A DNA stretch of 64,000 bases from Hormiphora californensis (GCA_020137815.1 CM035351.1:1550001-1614000), one strand, 5' to 3'. Positions 25,595-44,939 are shown, counted from the first letter of the stretch. The notes: generated by a model not told the origin, from the sequence alone. Numbers and translations are program-made.

Positions 25595-26818
25595 TAGTTA
25601 GGATACCCGATAATAGGTAGAGTAACAAAGATTAAACTATGGTAGACACCCAGGCTTGATTTAAAATGGGAAAGTGTTGCGTGTTGACGTGCCTGAGGTC
25701 TGAGGGTCCAGCCAGCAATACGTCTCGCCTCTGGTATTACACGAGATATCTGAGCTGACCATGAACCGTCTGAGGAGAGAAGAACGCAAAGATCTCGAAC
25801 TGCAGTACGGGAAGGGATAATAGCTCTAACGTCTGAGAGATGAAATGAATAATTCTCCGCACGGTGACGCGGTGACTCCCAAACTAACTAATGTGTCAAT
25901 ACACTAATACATTCCAATGAAGCTCTTGTAAATTTCAAATCATTTTACCCATTTGCTGATGACACGTGATCCCCTCAAAAATGCTGGTTGAATTTCGTCT
26001 TTAGACAGTTATAAGACACTCTAAACATTGAGCTAGGACAAAAACCCAGGTGATGCAATGTGATCCCAGCAACTTTGCATTTGTGAATTTTTCAAAACGT
26101 GAACTCCGGTCGGATTTCATGAACACGTAATTTTTACTTTACGATGATATATCTGACGATTGGTAAGACTTGGAAAGTCAATCTTGCAACCAAAATGTTC
26201 GCCAGACAATTCTCTAGAACACTGATTTTTGTTAGAACCATTTTGACCAATTTTTCGATGAGTTTTGGTTAGTTTAGTGGATCCCGGTCATAACCCAAAA
26301 TCGCAGGTGACGCAAAGACAGTGGGACACCCTGTACAGTTGGATCTCCGATGTAAACTGTGTGTATGTGGACAGTGAGTACTGTACAGTGTACCTACTCT
26401 TCACGGTCTATTGACTAGAAAAAGTGTCCCCGTGAGGATTGAGATCGACAGATAGTCACCCTTTCCTAACAATTATCAGCCTGTCAACTGTACTGACAGA
26501 GTAACACGATGAAATGTGGATCCGTAGTCCGTACAATGTATTTTTCCAAGTGGCTCCATGATTCTACTTTGTGGCCCACCCTGTACAAATCTGAACAGCT
26601 GTGTCTGTCCAGACAGACAGGTAAACCCCCTGACCCGGTCGCGATTCAAGATTTTGTAGACTCCTTCGCGCGAGTTGTGAGCCGCGCGTTTGACAACGCC
26701 ACGACACGCGCGGGTGGTTTCCCGCGTAATTTCTCTCGCGCGAAGGAGTCTAGAAAACTGGGCGAGTAGAGGGGGTCTACCTGTTGGTGTGAAGTGTGTG
26801 TATATCATGTATTATATA

Positions 26819-29800
26819 CAGGGTGTGAACTGCATGTCGTGTTTGCTAGTCGCGAGCGCGCTTGCGAGACAAGCAAACACGTCAAGGGCATTAACAAGCA
26901 TGCTGCTCAGTCATTTTAGATTTAATACACAATGTAAGGATACCATGTAAATAGGTGAGACTCTTGCCGTCACCCTCGTTCAAGTCCCGTGAAAAACGGA
27001 GCAGTACACGCAAACTGATGCCCAATGCCATTTCCTTCGCGTGACCCCGATCAGCAGTTTGAGACACAACTCTAGGGGGCCATATCTCAGGAACCAGACA
27101 AAGATAGGAAAAATCGCCGTCTATGAGGCGTAGGTACAGTTTTTAATCTAGTTTACCACTGTACCGGCCGTTTCACTCTCCGACCTAAAACAAAAATCGC
27201 AACCCCACAAAACTTCAAAATAATAATAATAATAATAATAATAACTATGTTTATATTCCGCCCATATCCGACAGGGACAGAGCAGCGAAACTGCTGCTGT
27301 CACTGAAGGATGATCTGGAACGGTTAATATACTGGTAAGACCTCGCCAATTATCCCTAATAGAACAAAAAAAATAATAAAGAAAAATTACACCGGCTCAC
27401 ATTACTATCAAAATAATGAAATTCGCATCTCGCATGTCGTGTTGCATGTCGTGTCATGTTATTGACGCGCTCGCGTTCAACTCCACACAGCAGCTGCAGA
27501 ACGTGGCGGGAAACATCGAGGAGTAGAGAGGGGTCGGTGCCGAATCAAATATTTCTTGATCTTGATCTACCATCTCTCAGCTTCCTACCCCTCATCTACT
27601 CCATCTTCAGCTACCCTACCCCTCATCTACTCCATCTTTCAGTACCCTACCCTCATCTACTCCATCTTTTAGCTACCCTACCCCATCTAGTCATCTCTCA
27701 GCTACCCTACTCCTAATCACTCAATCTTCAGCTTCCTTAGGGAAGCATAGAGATGGAAACGATTTGGGATAGGGATCCTATCATAATCGTTTCCATCTCT
27801 ATGCTTCCTAGCCCTCATTCAACTCCATCTTTCAGCTACCCTACCCCTAATCTAGTCCATCTCTCCGCTACCCTACTCTCATCTACTCCATCTCTCAGCT
27901 ACCCTACCTCCCATTTACTCCATCTCTCAGCTTCCCTACCTCCCATTGACTCCATCTCTCAGCACCACCTGCCATTTACTCCATATCTCAGCTTCCCTAC
28001 CTGCCAATTACTCCATCTCTCAGATACCCTACCTCCCATTTACTCATCTCTCAGCTTACCTACCCCTCCCATTCTACTCCATCTCTCAGCTTCCCTACCT
28101 CCCATTCACTCCATCTCTCAGCTTCCCTACCTCCCATTTACTCCATCTCTCAGCTTCCCTACCTCCCATTTACTCCATCGCTTAGCTTCCCTACCTCCCA
28201 TTTACTCCATCTCTCAGCTCCTACCTCCATTTACTCCATCTCTCAGCTACAACCTCCCATTTACTCCATTTCTCAGCTTCCCTACCTCTCATTTACTCCA
28301 TCTCTCAGCTACCCTACCTCCCATTTACTCCATCGCCAGCTTCCCTACCTCCCATTTACTCCATCTCTAGCTACCTTACCTTCTATTTACTCCATCTCTC
28401 AGCTTCCCTACCTCCCATTTACTTCCATCTCTCAGCTTCCCTACCTCCCATTTACTCCATCCCCAGCTTACCTACCTCCCATTTACTCCATCTCTCAGCT
28501 TACCTACCTCCCATTTACTCCATCCTTGCCTCCCATTTACTCCATCTCTCAGCTACCTACCTCCCATTCCCATCTCTCAACTATCCTACCTCCATTTACT
28601 CATCTCTCAGCTCCCACCTCCATTATCCATCTCTCAGCTTCCCTACCTCCCATTCACTCATCGCTTACCTTCCCTACCTCCCATTTACTCCATCTCTCAG
28701 CTCCTACCTCCATTTACTCCATCTCTTACCTTCCCTACCTCCCATTTACTCCATCTCCCGCTTACCTAAATACTATCTCTCAGCTTCCCTACCTCCCATT
28801 ACTCATCCCTCAGCTACCCTACCTCCCATTTGATCCATCTCTCAGCTTCCCTACCTCCCATTTACTCCATCTCTCATTTATCCTAACATTCCTACCCCTG
28901 AGAGATGGAGTAAATGGGAGGTAGGGAAGCTGAGAGATGAAGTAAATGGGAGGTAGGAAAGCTGAGAGATGGAGTAAATGGGAGGTAGGAAAGCTGAGAG
29001 ATGGAGTAAATGGGTGGTAGGGTAGCTGAGAGATGGAGTAAATGGGAGGCAAGGATGGAGTAAATGGGAGGTAGGGAAGCTGAGGGATGGAGTAAATGGG
29101 AGGTAGGGAAGCTGAGAGATGGAGTAAATGGGAGGTAGGGTAGCTGAGAGATGGAGTGAATGGGAGGTAGGGTAGCTGAGAGATGGAGTAAATGGGAGGG
29201 AGGGAAGTGAGAGATGGAGTGAATGGGAGGTAGGAGGAAGCTGAGAGATGGAGTAAATGGGAGGTAGGTAAGCTGAGAGATGGAGTAAATGGGAGGTAGG
29301 AAGCTGAGAGATGGAGTAAATGGGAGTAGGGTAGCTGAGAGATGGAGTAGATGAGGAGTAGGGTAGCGGAGAGATGGACTAGATTAGGGGTAGGGGAGCT
29401 GAAAGATGGAGTTGATGTGATGGCTAGGGAAGCATAGAGATGGAAACGATTAGGATAGGGATTCCCTACCCAAATCGTTTCCATCTCTATGCTTCCCTAA
29501 TAGGGAAGCGGGAGATTGAGTAGATGAGGAGTAGGGTAGCTGAGAGATGGACTAGATAAGGGGTAGGGTAGCTGAAAGATGGAGTAGATGAGGGGTAGGG
29601 TAGCTGAAAGATGAGTAGATGAGGGTGAGGGGTAGGGTAGCTGAGAGATCGAGTTGATGAGGGGTAGGATAGCTGAGAGATGAGTAGATCAAGATCAAGA
29701 AATATTTGATTCGGCACCGACCCTCTCTCTACTCCTCGATGTTTCCCGCCACGTTCTGCAGCTGCGTGTGAGAGTTGAACGCGAGCGCGTCAATAACATG

Positions 29801-30236
29801 ACACCGACATGCAACACGACATGCGAATGCGAATTTCATTATTTTGAAGTTTTGTGGGGTTGCGATTTTTGTTTTAGGTCGGAGAGTGAAACGGCCGGTA
29901 CAGTGGTAAACTAGAATAAAAACTGTACGCCTCATTAGACGGCGATTTTTCCTACTTGTCTGGTTCCTGAGATATGGCCCCCTAAAGAGTTGGTGTCTCA
30001 AACGCTGAATCGGGGTCACGCGAGAGGAAATGGGCATCAGTTTGCGTGTACTGCTCCGTTTTTCACGGGACTTGAACGAGGGTGACGGCAAGAGTCTCAC
30101 CTATTAAATGGTATCCTTACATTGTGTATTAAATCTAAAATGACTGAGCAGCATGCTTGTTAATGAACCTTGACGTGTTTGCTTGTCTCGCAAGCGCGCT
30201 CGCGACTAGCAAACACGACATGCAGTTCACACCCTG
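26819..30236. mobile_element. Foldback-type element: long inverted arms ending CAGGGTG..CACCCTG with inverted ~32-bp tandem arrays meeting near 28895
   Basis: 26819-27900 is the reverse complement of ~29350-30236; repeat TTCCCTACCTCCCATTTACTCCATCTCTCAGC switches strand at centre. Confidence 0.75.
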
Positions 30237-30613
30237 ATATAGTATGTGCGTGAGAGTCGTGGGAACTCGTATGCAATGTACATTGTACATCCCGCCCAAA
30301 ATAAGCTTCGATTTTAACATTTAGACTCCTAATACCATCTCAGCTGACAGTTAGAGCTTAGATCGGCATCTGTGGGAGGGGGAGCCTGTACCCTATGATT
30401 TTAAATTGAAAACACAGAAGCTGGAGGGGACCACTAACGGTTATAAAAATATCGAACAGAACCTATATCTTCAAAATTCATCATCTCAAATATTATCCTC
30501 TTTCTCTCTGTCAGGCCAATGCTCTGACCACAGTTCTCGCGGGCTCCGTTGAGAGAAACGAGAATGGGTCAGGCCAATGCTCTGACAGCTTTCTCTGGTA
30601 TTCTCTCATTATA

Positions 30614-30830
30614 TAGGGTAGCGACTGGCTATTTGAAATGGCGGCTAATTTTAAACACCTCCTTTACAGGCCAGCAGGTGCCCAAGACTTAGATTTTTAG
30701 ACATCAGTGGGCTTGGCATGAGTTCTGACTAGCCCACTGATGTCTAAAAATCCAAATCTGGTGCACCTGCTGGCCTGTAGAGGGGGTGTTTCAAATTAGC
30801 TGCCATTCCAAATAGCCAGTCACTACCCTA
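30614..30830. mobile_element. Palindromic MITE (~105-bp arms)
   Basis: TAGGGTAGCGACTGGCTATTTG ... CAAATAGCCAGTCACTACCCTA. Confidence 0.8.
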
Positions 30831-31471
30831 TCTTAGGGTATCACACTATCACTCTCACTCCGACTCTCTCTATCTCAAACACATTCTCTCTCTCTAAATC
30901 TCTCCAACTGTAGGACTCTATAACTCTTCAATTCTCTCCGCTCTCATAATCTTACTCTAATATGAAGTTAGTTAGTATGTGGCCACCACTAAATGAAAAG
31001 GACAGGATACGACATAGAAACAGTACGAAACAGACACGATACTATCAAACAACCGACTTCACGAAATACACACAGTGCACATCTGTACTGAACAATTCGA
31101 TACAAGACATACTTTCCGAGAACGAAATATATTATCGACAGTCTTCAGAATAATTTTATAATTCGTCAATAACACTCGTATTAAAGTTTAAAAAATATAC
31201 CCCGCACTTGGGTTTTACGTTTTTCCATTGTTACAGCTCCACCACAAACTGTTGACAAGTAGACAGAAAACTCATTTTATAGATTATCACAGCCAACGTT
31301 TGCCTGAAAGAAAAGAAAAGTGGTAGTAGTAGTGGAGGGAAATTTAAACTGAGACAGACCAAAAATACACTGGGGCAAGGTCATGTGTTTGGATGATAGG
31401 GAGAGGGAGGGGAGAGGGGGAGAAGAAGAGGAAGTGGGTGTCAGGGAGAGCACGGTAAACAAATTGTTTTA

Positions 31472-31726
31472 GGGGCGATTCAAAAAGGACGTCCGTGATT
31501 TTTGATCATTCCCCGCTCCCCTGTCCAGGCCTGTCTGAATCTGCCAGACCCCCTCCCTCCTCCCTGTCGTCCGAGTTTCATCCACTTATATATCTAGTAA
31601 AATCAGTGAAATTTTTCTTCAAAACCTGGGACAGTCCGAATTGCGTTAACCCCCTCCCCCATTGCCCAGAGATATCCGAAATTGGCCCCCTTCCCCTACC
31701 CCTGGCCACCCTTTTTGAATCGCCCC
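31472..31726. mobile_element. PIF/Harbinger (Tourist-like) MITE
   Basis: TTA TSD; TIR GGGGCGATTCAAAAAGG / CCTTTTTGAATCGCCCC. Confidence 0.75.
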
Positions 31727-32417
31727 TTACTTAATGGGCCACAGACGTTGGCTGAGGGCAGAGAATGTGCTGGGAAAGAATTGTTGCTGCACGACATTTT
31801 GGCCCCTTTTTGAGCCTATACAGTATACACCCCGCCCCACAACTAACCCGCCTCGGTCAGAGGAACTGATCCCATTAAAATTCTCGACGCCAAAACTGAA
31901 GAAGAGTACAAGAAACTCGCCAAGACCTACTCAGACAATAAATGGGTTCTCTGCTGCCGGCATCTTCGGAAACAACTAACAAGGAAACCTGGGATGAAGG
32001 CTGAAGCCACTCACAAGTCACAGAAAAGAGAATTGAGGTTTACCACTAAAACGCACCGGAATCTTGCCAAGCTAGACTGCCTTTTGCGTGTCCCGCCTCC
32101 CTTTAAAAATAAATATAACGGGAGGGTTAGAACATAACAACCGGAATCGGGAAAGGAAGAGAGTGTTGGAGGGGGAAACAGGGATATCTTTTTGAATAAT
32201 AGAAAACGGGCACAATTAAGCTCTAAAATATGCACATAACTTACAGTATATCACATGGTTGTTCGAATAGGCACCTGTAGGGTACCAGCTAACGTTTTTC
32301 CATTCGTGTAGAGTAACCTAAGAGGAAAGGGGAATAGGATAAAAATTGAGGAGGGTGAGGTGTTTGTTTGTTTGTTTGTTTGTTTGTGCGTCTGGAGGAT
32401 GACATGCCCGAAAGTAA

Positions 32418-33400
32418 CGGGTGACAACTAAAAATTGTTACTATGTAATTTAAAACAGCAGTAGAATTTTTCCCTTTGAGATACAGCTTCGGGCCAGTGA
32501 TAGAATATTTCAGACAATTTTGAATCAGAATAACATAACATCAAAGACTAAAAAGTTCATTTTCATAGCAATATCGTACCATTTCCTATTGCTCCGGTCG
32601 GATTTCATGAACACGTAATTTTGACTTTACGACGATATATCTGACGATTGGTAAGACTTGGAAAGTCAATCTTGCAACCAACATGTTCGCCAGACAATTC
32701 TCTAGAACACTGGTTTTTGTTAGAACCATTTTGACCAATTTTTCGATCAGTTTTGGTTAGTTTAATGGAGCCCGGTCATGACCCAAAATCGCAGGTGATG
32801 CAAAGACAGTGGGACACCCTGTAGTACGGAGATTTGAAATTTCTATATTATCAGAAACGACCTTCCCGATGAGATAGAATTTTCAAAATTGGAAGTCTTG
32901 TTGTTCATGCCATAACCGACATTTAAACCATAACTGCCAAGTTCGAAGATTTTAGCTCATTGGGAAGTTGGGTTTCCACAGTCTTTAATGTTTGGAGAGA
33001 TCGTCGAAATGGCGATTTCTCAAATAACCTGTAAACTACGCTTTGTTACACAGAAGATTCTGATCAGGAAATTGAGATTTATGAAATTTGAAACAAAGTT
33101 AATTTCGTTCAAAATTGTCTGATAAGTCATTCTATCATTGTCCCAAAGCTGTATCTCGAACAGAACAGGTGCTCCGTGCTAGAGGTGCTAGAACAATGTG
33201 TACTTGTAGATTTCACGTACTATATGCTTTGGTGGGCAAGAGGAAATGATCTGATATCGCAGATCGCTATGAAAATGAACTTTTTAGTCTTTGCCGTTAT
33301 GTTATTCTGAAAAATCGTTATATTACTGGGCCGAAGTTGTATCTCAAAAGAGAAAAATTCTAGAGCTGTTTAAATTAGTAAAATTTTTAGTTATCACCCG
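32418..33400. mobile_element. DNA transposon derivative with long imperfect TIRs; contains segment shared with 26104-26335
   Basis: CGGGTGACAACTAAAAATT ... AATTTTTAGTTATCACCCG. Confidence 0.65.
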
Positions 33401-33791
33401 TTAGTAGAGGTTGAGGTGTTACAAAATCAAATACTCACATCAATAATATCCGGATAATACAGTATGTAATTGAAGTTGACGATTTTTATGTCTTGGAAAC
33501 TGTTATGTACTTAGTCAACTATCTGTATTCGGCCGTCGTCATCACGATCCAGGCTTAACTGGAGGTAGGATGAGAATCTGATACTATCCATGCTAATGGC
33601 CATCAAAAACGCTTTACTACAGCTACAGGGCATAATCATGATAATATGCTGCCGAGAAATACAAGCCAAGTGAGAGGGTGGCAATTAGTAAAACTTATAT
33701 TCGTGGAAGATTTGTCTTGACAAATCTTAACACAAACAATACAGTGTAACACGTTCACGCCCTCGCACCTCCACCTCCCTAACCTTGCCTC

Positions 33792-34435
33792 CTAAACTCT
33801 TATAATCCCAAATGGCCTGCTTGGTGCCGCATGCTTCTTCTCTTTTAGTTCAGCCACCACCTTCTCATCTCCTTTCTCTCCTCGGGTGAACAGACTGGGG
33901 AGATCACACTTCTTTAGACCACTCTTCCAAGACAGATATATCTCGATATTCTCGGCCAGACAGGCACAGCTTAACTGGTTCTTCAGTACCACCCTTGAAC
34001 CTTTCGAGGAACTTCATGCTGTAAACACTAGTAACGTTAAAAAAGTCTCATTCAGAATAGTCGAAAATAGGAAGATCAGTGCTATCGAAACAAATCGCAT
34101 CTTTGTCATCAATTTCTGAATGTTTACTTTCTAAGCTAGCAAAATATTCTTTATCAGATTCAGCAACCCACTGTGCAAAAACTTCATCTACACTCGGTCT
34201 ATTTTTTCAATTCATCATCACATTGCTTTTCGAATGCTTCTAGTTCCTCAATTCCACTAGGTATACGCTTAAGTGCGGGCTCTATCTTAGGGACAGGCTC
34301 AAATGGAACTTTATTTGAAGGTATACACCAATGACTATTTGGGAGAGTGGTAGGCTTGTAAGATAAAATAGTTTTTTTAATAGAAGATGAACTTGAGAGT
34401 TGAGCTATCATATAACAAGCGGCCGTGTTAGACAA
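33792..34435 (-). pseudogene. Possible degraded coding sequence of unknown family
   Basis: Consecutive protein-like minus-strand frames (HWCIPSNKVPFEP..ELEAFEK / VDEVFAQWVAESDKEYF / LPSLFTRGEKGDEK) broken by frameshift and stop. Confidence 0.25.
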
Positions 34436-36269
34436 CGAAGAAGGACAAGAAATTATAAGCCGTCATCAAGTGATCAATCATCACATGAATTGACAGGTCC
34501 TGCAGGACTGATTCAATCACTCCGCAAACAATCGATGAAGTGATATTCATACATCATGAATTCGCGCGCTACTTCGGTTGCGCAGAGCAGTGCACACACA
34601 ATTTCCTCGCGCGTTGATGGTGTTTCCATCTGGTATATTTCCTCGATACCCCCCCTCCGTTAACATGTGATAAACGCGCAAAACAATTCCGCGCACGACT
34701 TTGGGGGGTGAACAGTTGAAAAAATGGAGTATAGCCCTCGAGTGCTAACCCGGTAAATTTTTTTTTCATATGCTGCAGGTTTTCAGATCCCCTGAGGAGG
34801 TTGGCATACGATGTAACTTGATGAAACTTGGTCCTTGGAACGCGTTGCCAACTGATGAGGGTATGCCTCACGTGCCAAGTAAAAACTCAAAGTTGGCATA
34901 AAGTCGAATTTTTTAATCAAGGTACAGGGGGCCGCGCATTCAGAGAGGTCGCGCGGCGTTGTATTTGCGTGTGACAATCGAGATCAAGTTCCTGGCAATC
35001 TTAAGACTTGAACCCGGAAGCGTTGGAAAGATAATTTTAAGACCTTTTCAACGCAACCAAGATCAAGTCTTTATCTTATCAGGAAGAGAAGATATGAGCG
35101 AAAACATTTAGCACGCGCAAAAATACTTTGTAAATGCGCGGCCCCCTGCCCCTTGATTAAAAAATTCGACTATATCTGTTATCTAAAACGAGCACACTGT
35201 GGCCTAGGGGTCTTCCATGCATGCCAATTGCTTGGCCTATGCTACAGGCCCTAGAAGCCGTGGAAAACGCGCGCACTTGGGGTCTGCAGCGCATGCCAAG
35301 CCAATTGCCAGATCAAGTCAAAATTTTAAATTGGAAATTGCAGCTTGGATTTTAGAAAAGTAAAATCTTTGAAATGTTATGAAAAATCTAAAATTTTACG
35401 AAAGAGCGATGCATTTGTCCAAAATATACGTAACGCGCGGTATTATTGTTTCTTTGAGGTCCATTTTGATGCGCGTGAACACATATCATGAATAGAATAA
35501 ATTTTCGAAAAGTGTTTTTGGGAAAGTTAAAAAAGTTTTTACTTTTTTGAGTGTCAGTTGGAATGCGCTGCAGCCCCCTCATGCGCGCACCCCCGCAACG
35601 AGGGGACTGAAGGGAATGCCGCGCGCGCGTTTGGCCTGAGCTCAGGACGGGCCCGGCTGGGTCGAAGATAACTTTGCGAGCGAAAAAACGGCGGTGCTTA
35701 TAACTTTGGCCCCTGAAGTCCGTTTGACTTGATTCTTTCACTAGCTGTTAGATCTGACAATTATCTACCTTGCTGTTTTTGAGAGAAGTAAATTGGACTT
35801 CAGGAAGCTGAGCAATAGCCGTTCAAAGATTGGTTGTTTTCAAAAAGTGACGTCACAGATCCCTGCAGGGACACTTTGTTTCAAATTTGAATTAAAATCT
35901 CGAATTTTTTTATTTTACCGCACTCGATTTTGCGGAGTTTGGTTCATATCTCCTGTTCCTGATAAGATAGAGACCTGAAACCGGTTGCATTTGAAAGCTG
36001 TTATCTTCCTCTTTCCAACGCTACCAAAACGATTTTTGTACCTTAACTGGAACCGGAGATATGATTGATTATGTATTCCCCCCCTAGCGCGGTATTCCCT
36101 CCAGGCCCCTTATATTATATTATAAGGGGCCTGCAACGTATGCCAAGAGTGTCAGCAGCCAGCTATCACGGTTTTAGACTTTAGTGTTAAAGTAGGGTTA
36201 GGGCTGGGTTTCGGACAAAACCCGGCAGACAATGAAATGTAATATATATATATTATATTCGGTAGCGAA

Positions 36270-36886
36270 CCTGCCGTTTTACCCACCGTAAAGTCTGCAG
36301 AAAATTCAAACTGTACGGATCTCACTCACGCCATGGGTGTAAGTTGGGTGCAAAGTGCTCAAAACTGCATCCAAAATTATGTGAGGGCTCACAGCGGAGA
36401 ATGAAGGAGCGGCAGTGCCTAAACCCTGATTGCCCACATCTCCACCTCAAGGGTACACGAAGGAAAGTGGAAAACCCTGAAAGGAGAGAACGTCAGGAAG
36501 TTGTTAGGACAACACAGCAACCTAACACTCACGCCACTGACCACAGAGAGAGAGTGCAGGATGAACAACTCCCTCTTAGCGGCTCACCATTGCGACCAGT
36601 TTCGCAGCAAAACCCTGGACACTTACAATCGGGTTTTCTGAGCATTGTTTTGAAGGAGGTCAGGAATGCCAGAGAAGAATCACTGAGGCAAGCGGACAGA
36701 ATGGAAGAAATTCTCTCCCAGCTTGGTCCAACCCACAACGAGTCGATGCTGCACAACCAGCTGGCCCACCACTTACAAGCACACCCGCCAGTACAGTACA
36801 CTCTACCCACAGGAATATCAATGACTCAAGGAGTACATCGGCAACTACCGACCCAAATACTGCCCTCTCAAAGATTATCCTACTAA
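36270..36886 (+). CDS. LINE ORF1 C-terminal part with CCCH-type zinc fingers
   Basis: CRKFKLYG...GCKLGAKCSKLHPKLC...CLNPDCPHLH. Confidence 0.7.
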
Positions 36887-39876
36887 ACGGGAGAAGTATT
36901 TCACCGGCCGCTGGGGGGAACACTCGGTGGAAACTCCCCTTCATCGAGGCTGTTTTGCTCAACAACCCAAACTCACCGCCGACAGTTGCCCTTGCAATAA
37001 CTGAGTCATGGTTGAAAAACTACATTGCAGACGCCCAAATCAAAATGCAGGGATACAGCACCTTCCGTTCTGACCGTCCTGATCGGAAAGGAGGAGGTTG
37101 TGTGTTATACATTCGTGAAGACATCCCAATCAGCTATGCATACTCATTCAGTGACCGGGAATGCAGTCTGGTATTGGCTTTTAGTAAAGCTAAAAACATG
37201 TTGTTTTCATGTATCTACCGTCCCCCCGAATCATCTGACCAGTCCTTCATCACAGTTATGAACGATCTCCAAGATAAAATTGATCTCCTGTCCAATGAAA
37301 GGAGCCCTGAAATGTTTATCATGGGCGATCTAAACTTGCCGTTGTTCAACTGGAAAGAAGAATCCCTACCGTCAGCTGCTGCTAACATAGCAGCTTATCA
37401 ACGAACGGTGAACTTCATCGAGGAAAACTTCCTGACTCAGGTCGTTGACAAACCAACCAGGGGCAATAATATTCTGGATGTTATAATGACCAACTCACCA
37501 CAATACGTATCAACTGTGACAACTGAAGAGACAAAGATCTCTGACCACAGAATAGTTGACTGTACCCTGGTGATAAACCCCCTTATGAAGACAGCAGATA
37601 CCATCAAAAAGTGGGACCACATGAGTTTTCGAGGATTGGACATTCCAAAAGCCAATTTTGAAGAAATGAATGTGGACATTGCTTCTGTTGACTGGGACAA
37701 ACTGCAGACATTATGTGAAGAGTCTGGAGACCCTGTTGGTGACAAATTCAAAGAACTTTTCATTCTAACTGTTCTGCAAATCACCATCAAGCACACCCCT
37801 CAGAAGATTCAGCGGAGAAAATTCAGCCCCCTGGAACCACTGAGAAGGAGAAGGCGGAAGTTAAAAGCAAGACTTGGAGCAATTTCCTCTGTCAACGTTA
37901 ACATCTCAAAAACTGAAGAACTCCAAGACGAACTCACAGCACTTGAGGACAAGATACAGAACGCTGTAGATGAATCAATCGAAAAGAAGGAACACAGCGC
38001 CATTAAGACGATCAAGGCGAACCCACGATATTTCTTCTCCTACGCTAAACGACTTTCAAAAGTTAAATCTAACATCGCCCCCCTCAAACGTGATGACGGA
38101 ACACTCACCACGGACAATACTGAAAAAGCGGAACTCCTGCAAAAGCAGTACTGCCGTGCCTTCAGTGATCCAGACGGGGGAGACTTGCTGAAAAGTCTCT
38201 CTTGGGTAGAGGATAGCAATACGATTTTAGAGGATTTCATTTTTACATCAGAGGACATCAAAGGAGCTCTCTCTGAGCTTGATCCTGCTTCTGCCGGACC
38301 AGATGGTGACATCCCTGCTAAAATTCTCAGTGCTTGTAAAACCACCCTCGCTGTACCACTCTTTCTTCTTTGGGAGCGGTCTTTCGAGGAAGGAATAACA
38401 CCCCCTAACCTGAAAAAACAATACATCACACCAATCTTCAAGCGTGGTGATAAAACTCTGGCTGTTAACTACCGCCCTGTTTCGCTGACTTCTAACTTGC
38501 TAAAAACGTTTGAGCGAGTTGTACGAAATAAGTTAGTGGAACACCTGGAAAGTAACAATCTCCTACCAGACAGCCAACATGGATTTAGGAAGCAACGGAG
38601 CTGTCTCACACAACTACTCGATCACATGGATGGAATTTTTCGAGAGTTAAACAGTGGAAATGAAGTCGATGTTATCTATTTGGACTATTCCAAAGCCTTC
38701 GACCGTGTCAACCACACCATTCTCATTGCCAAGCTGGAAAAGCTAGGTATTAGAGGGAAAGTACTAAAGTGGATAAAAGACTTCCTTACTGGCCGGTATC
38801 AAACAGTAACCGTCGACGGAGAAAAATCGAACTTTGAGCTTGTCAAAAGTGGGGTACCTCAAGGAACCGTACTTGGACCAATCCTCTTTATCATCTACGT
38901 AGCTGATCTCCAGAGCCAAGTGATCCACAGCAAAATCAGAACCTTTGCGGATGACACCAAGCTCCAGAAGAGCGTCGACTCGGAAGAATCAGGAGCAGAA
39001 ATGCAAGAGGATCTTCAGCGTGTGGTGGAGTGGTCTGCAGCCAATTGTATGACACTCCATGAGGACAAGTTCGAGGTCATCCACTACACTCTGAACAGAA
39101 CGTCCCTTCTCAGAGAACTCCCTTTCACTCATGAGTTAAGCTTATATGTGACTCCAGGTGATAACGAAATACAGCCAAAGGATACAGTGAAAGACCTTGG
39201 CATCACCCTCTCAAACAATGGCTCCTGGACAGACCATGTAATGAGGATTTCATCAGAAGCACGACGGATGGCCGCCTGGGCACTGAGAGCTTTTAAGGAT
39301 AGGTCAGTAACCACTATGCTGACACTCTACAAGTCACTAATAAGGTGCAAAGTAGAGTACTGCTCACCTCTGTGGTCGCCCTACAAGATTGGTGACATTC
39401 AGGCTCTGGAAAGCATCCAGAGACAGTTTACACGACGGATCGAAGACATGGCACAACTTGACTATTGGGAGCGGCTGAAAAAGCTAAGACTTATGTCATT
39501 ACAACGTCGGCGGGAGCGATATTCGATAATACAAATGTGGAAAATCTATAATGGTGCAGCACCTAATAGCACGAATACCCGGTTTTACCATCATCAACGG
39601 CTCGGCGTCCGAGCCGAAGTACCTACTCTTTACAGTGGAGCACAGAAGTCATTCTCAACAAAATACTTCCATTCATTTGCTGTAAGGGCCGCTCGGCTAT
39701 GGAACACATTGCCGAAAGAGGTTAACACAGCAGCGACCTTAGATACGTTCAAGATCCTGCTGGGCCGTTGGCTGGACCACTTCCCTGACAATCCACCTGT
39801 GAAGGGTTATTCTACCCGGAACAACAATTCTATCATGGACTGGGTTTTGGAGGTTCGAGCTAAAGGGGGATGCTGA
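36565..39876 (+). CDS. LINE ORF2: APE endonuclease + reverse transcriptase
   Basis: LLNGRSI, AITESWL, GGGC, IYRPP, GDLN, SDH; YLDYSKAFD, GVPQG, FADD; frame open from 36565. Confidence 0.92.
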
Positions 39877-40142
39877 AAAGACTGACACCGTTTACGATTC
39901 TGTAATGAAGTTTATTTATCAAGTTTATCAAGTTTATCAAGAATCTCTTTCACTCTTTACCGCGCTGCTAGCATTAGCTGAGCCCTGAGTCTCTCAGTGA
40001 CTAGTGAGATGTCAGAAAGGACAAATGACACCGTGATATGTATTTCAATCAATCAATTAACATGCTTAATCGGTGGGGCGTGGGCACCAGAGCACTCATA
40101 ACAGTGGTGACGATTTTACCATGCAACTTTTATCTGTTAGCC

Positions 40143-44719
<4,577 letters not shown>

Positions 44720-44764
44720 GAGAAAGATGATATACAGGGATATCAACGCAGATAGACATATCTG

Positions 44765-44807
44765 GACAGACAGACAGACAGATAGACTGACAGACAGACA
44801 GACAGGC

Positions 44808-44840
<33 letters not shown>

Positions 44841-44859
44841 GGCAGACAGACAGACAGAC

Positions 44860-44939
<80 letters not shown>

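Larger units (their letters stand above)
36270..39940 (+). mobile_element. CR1-like LINE, 5'-truncated within ORF1, intact ORF2
   Basis: 3' (AGTTTATCA)n tail; GAA at both junctions; absent from paralogous site at ~6573. Confidence 0.9.
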
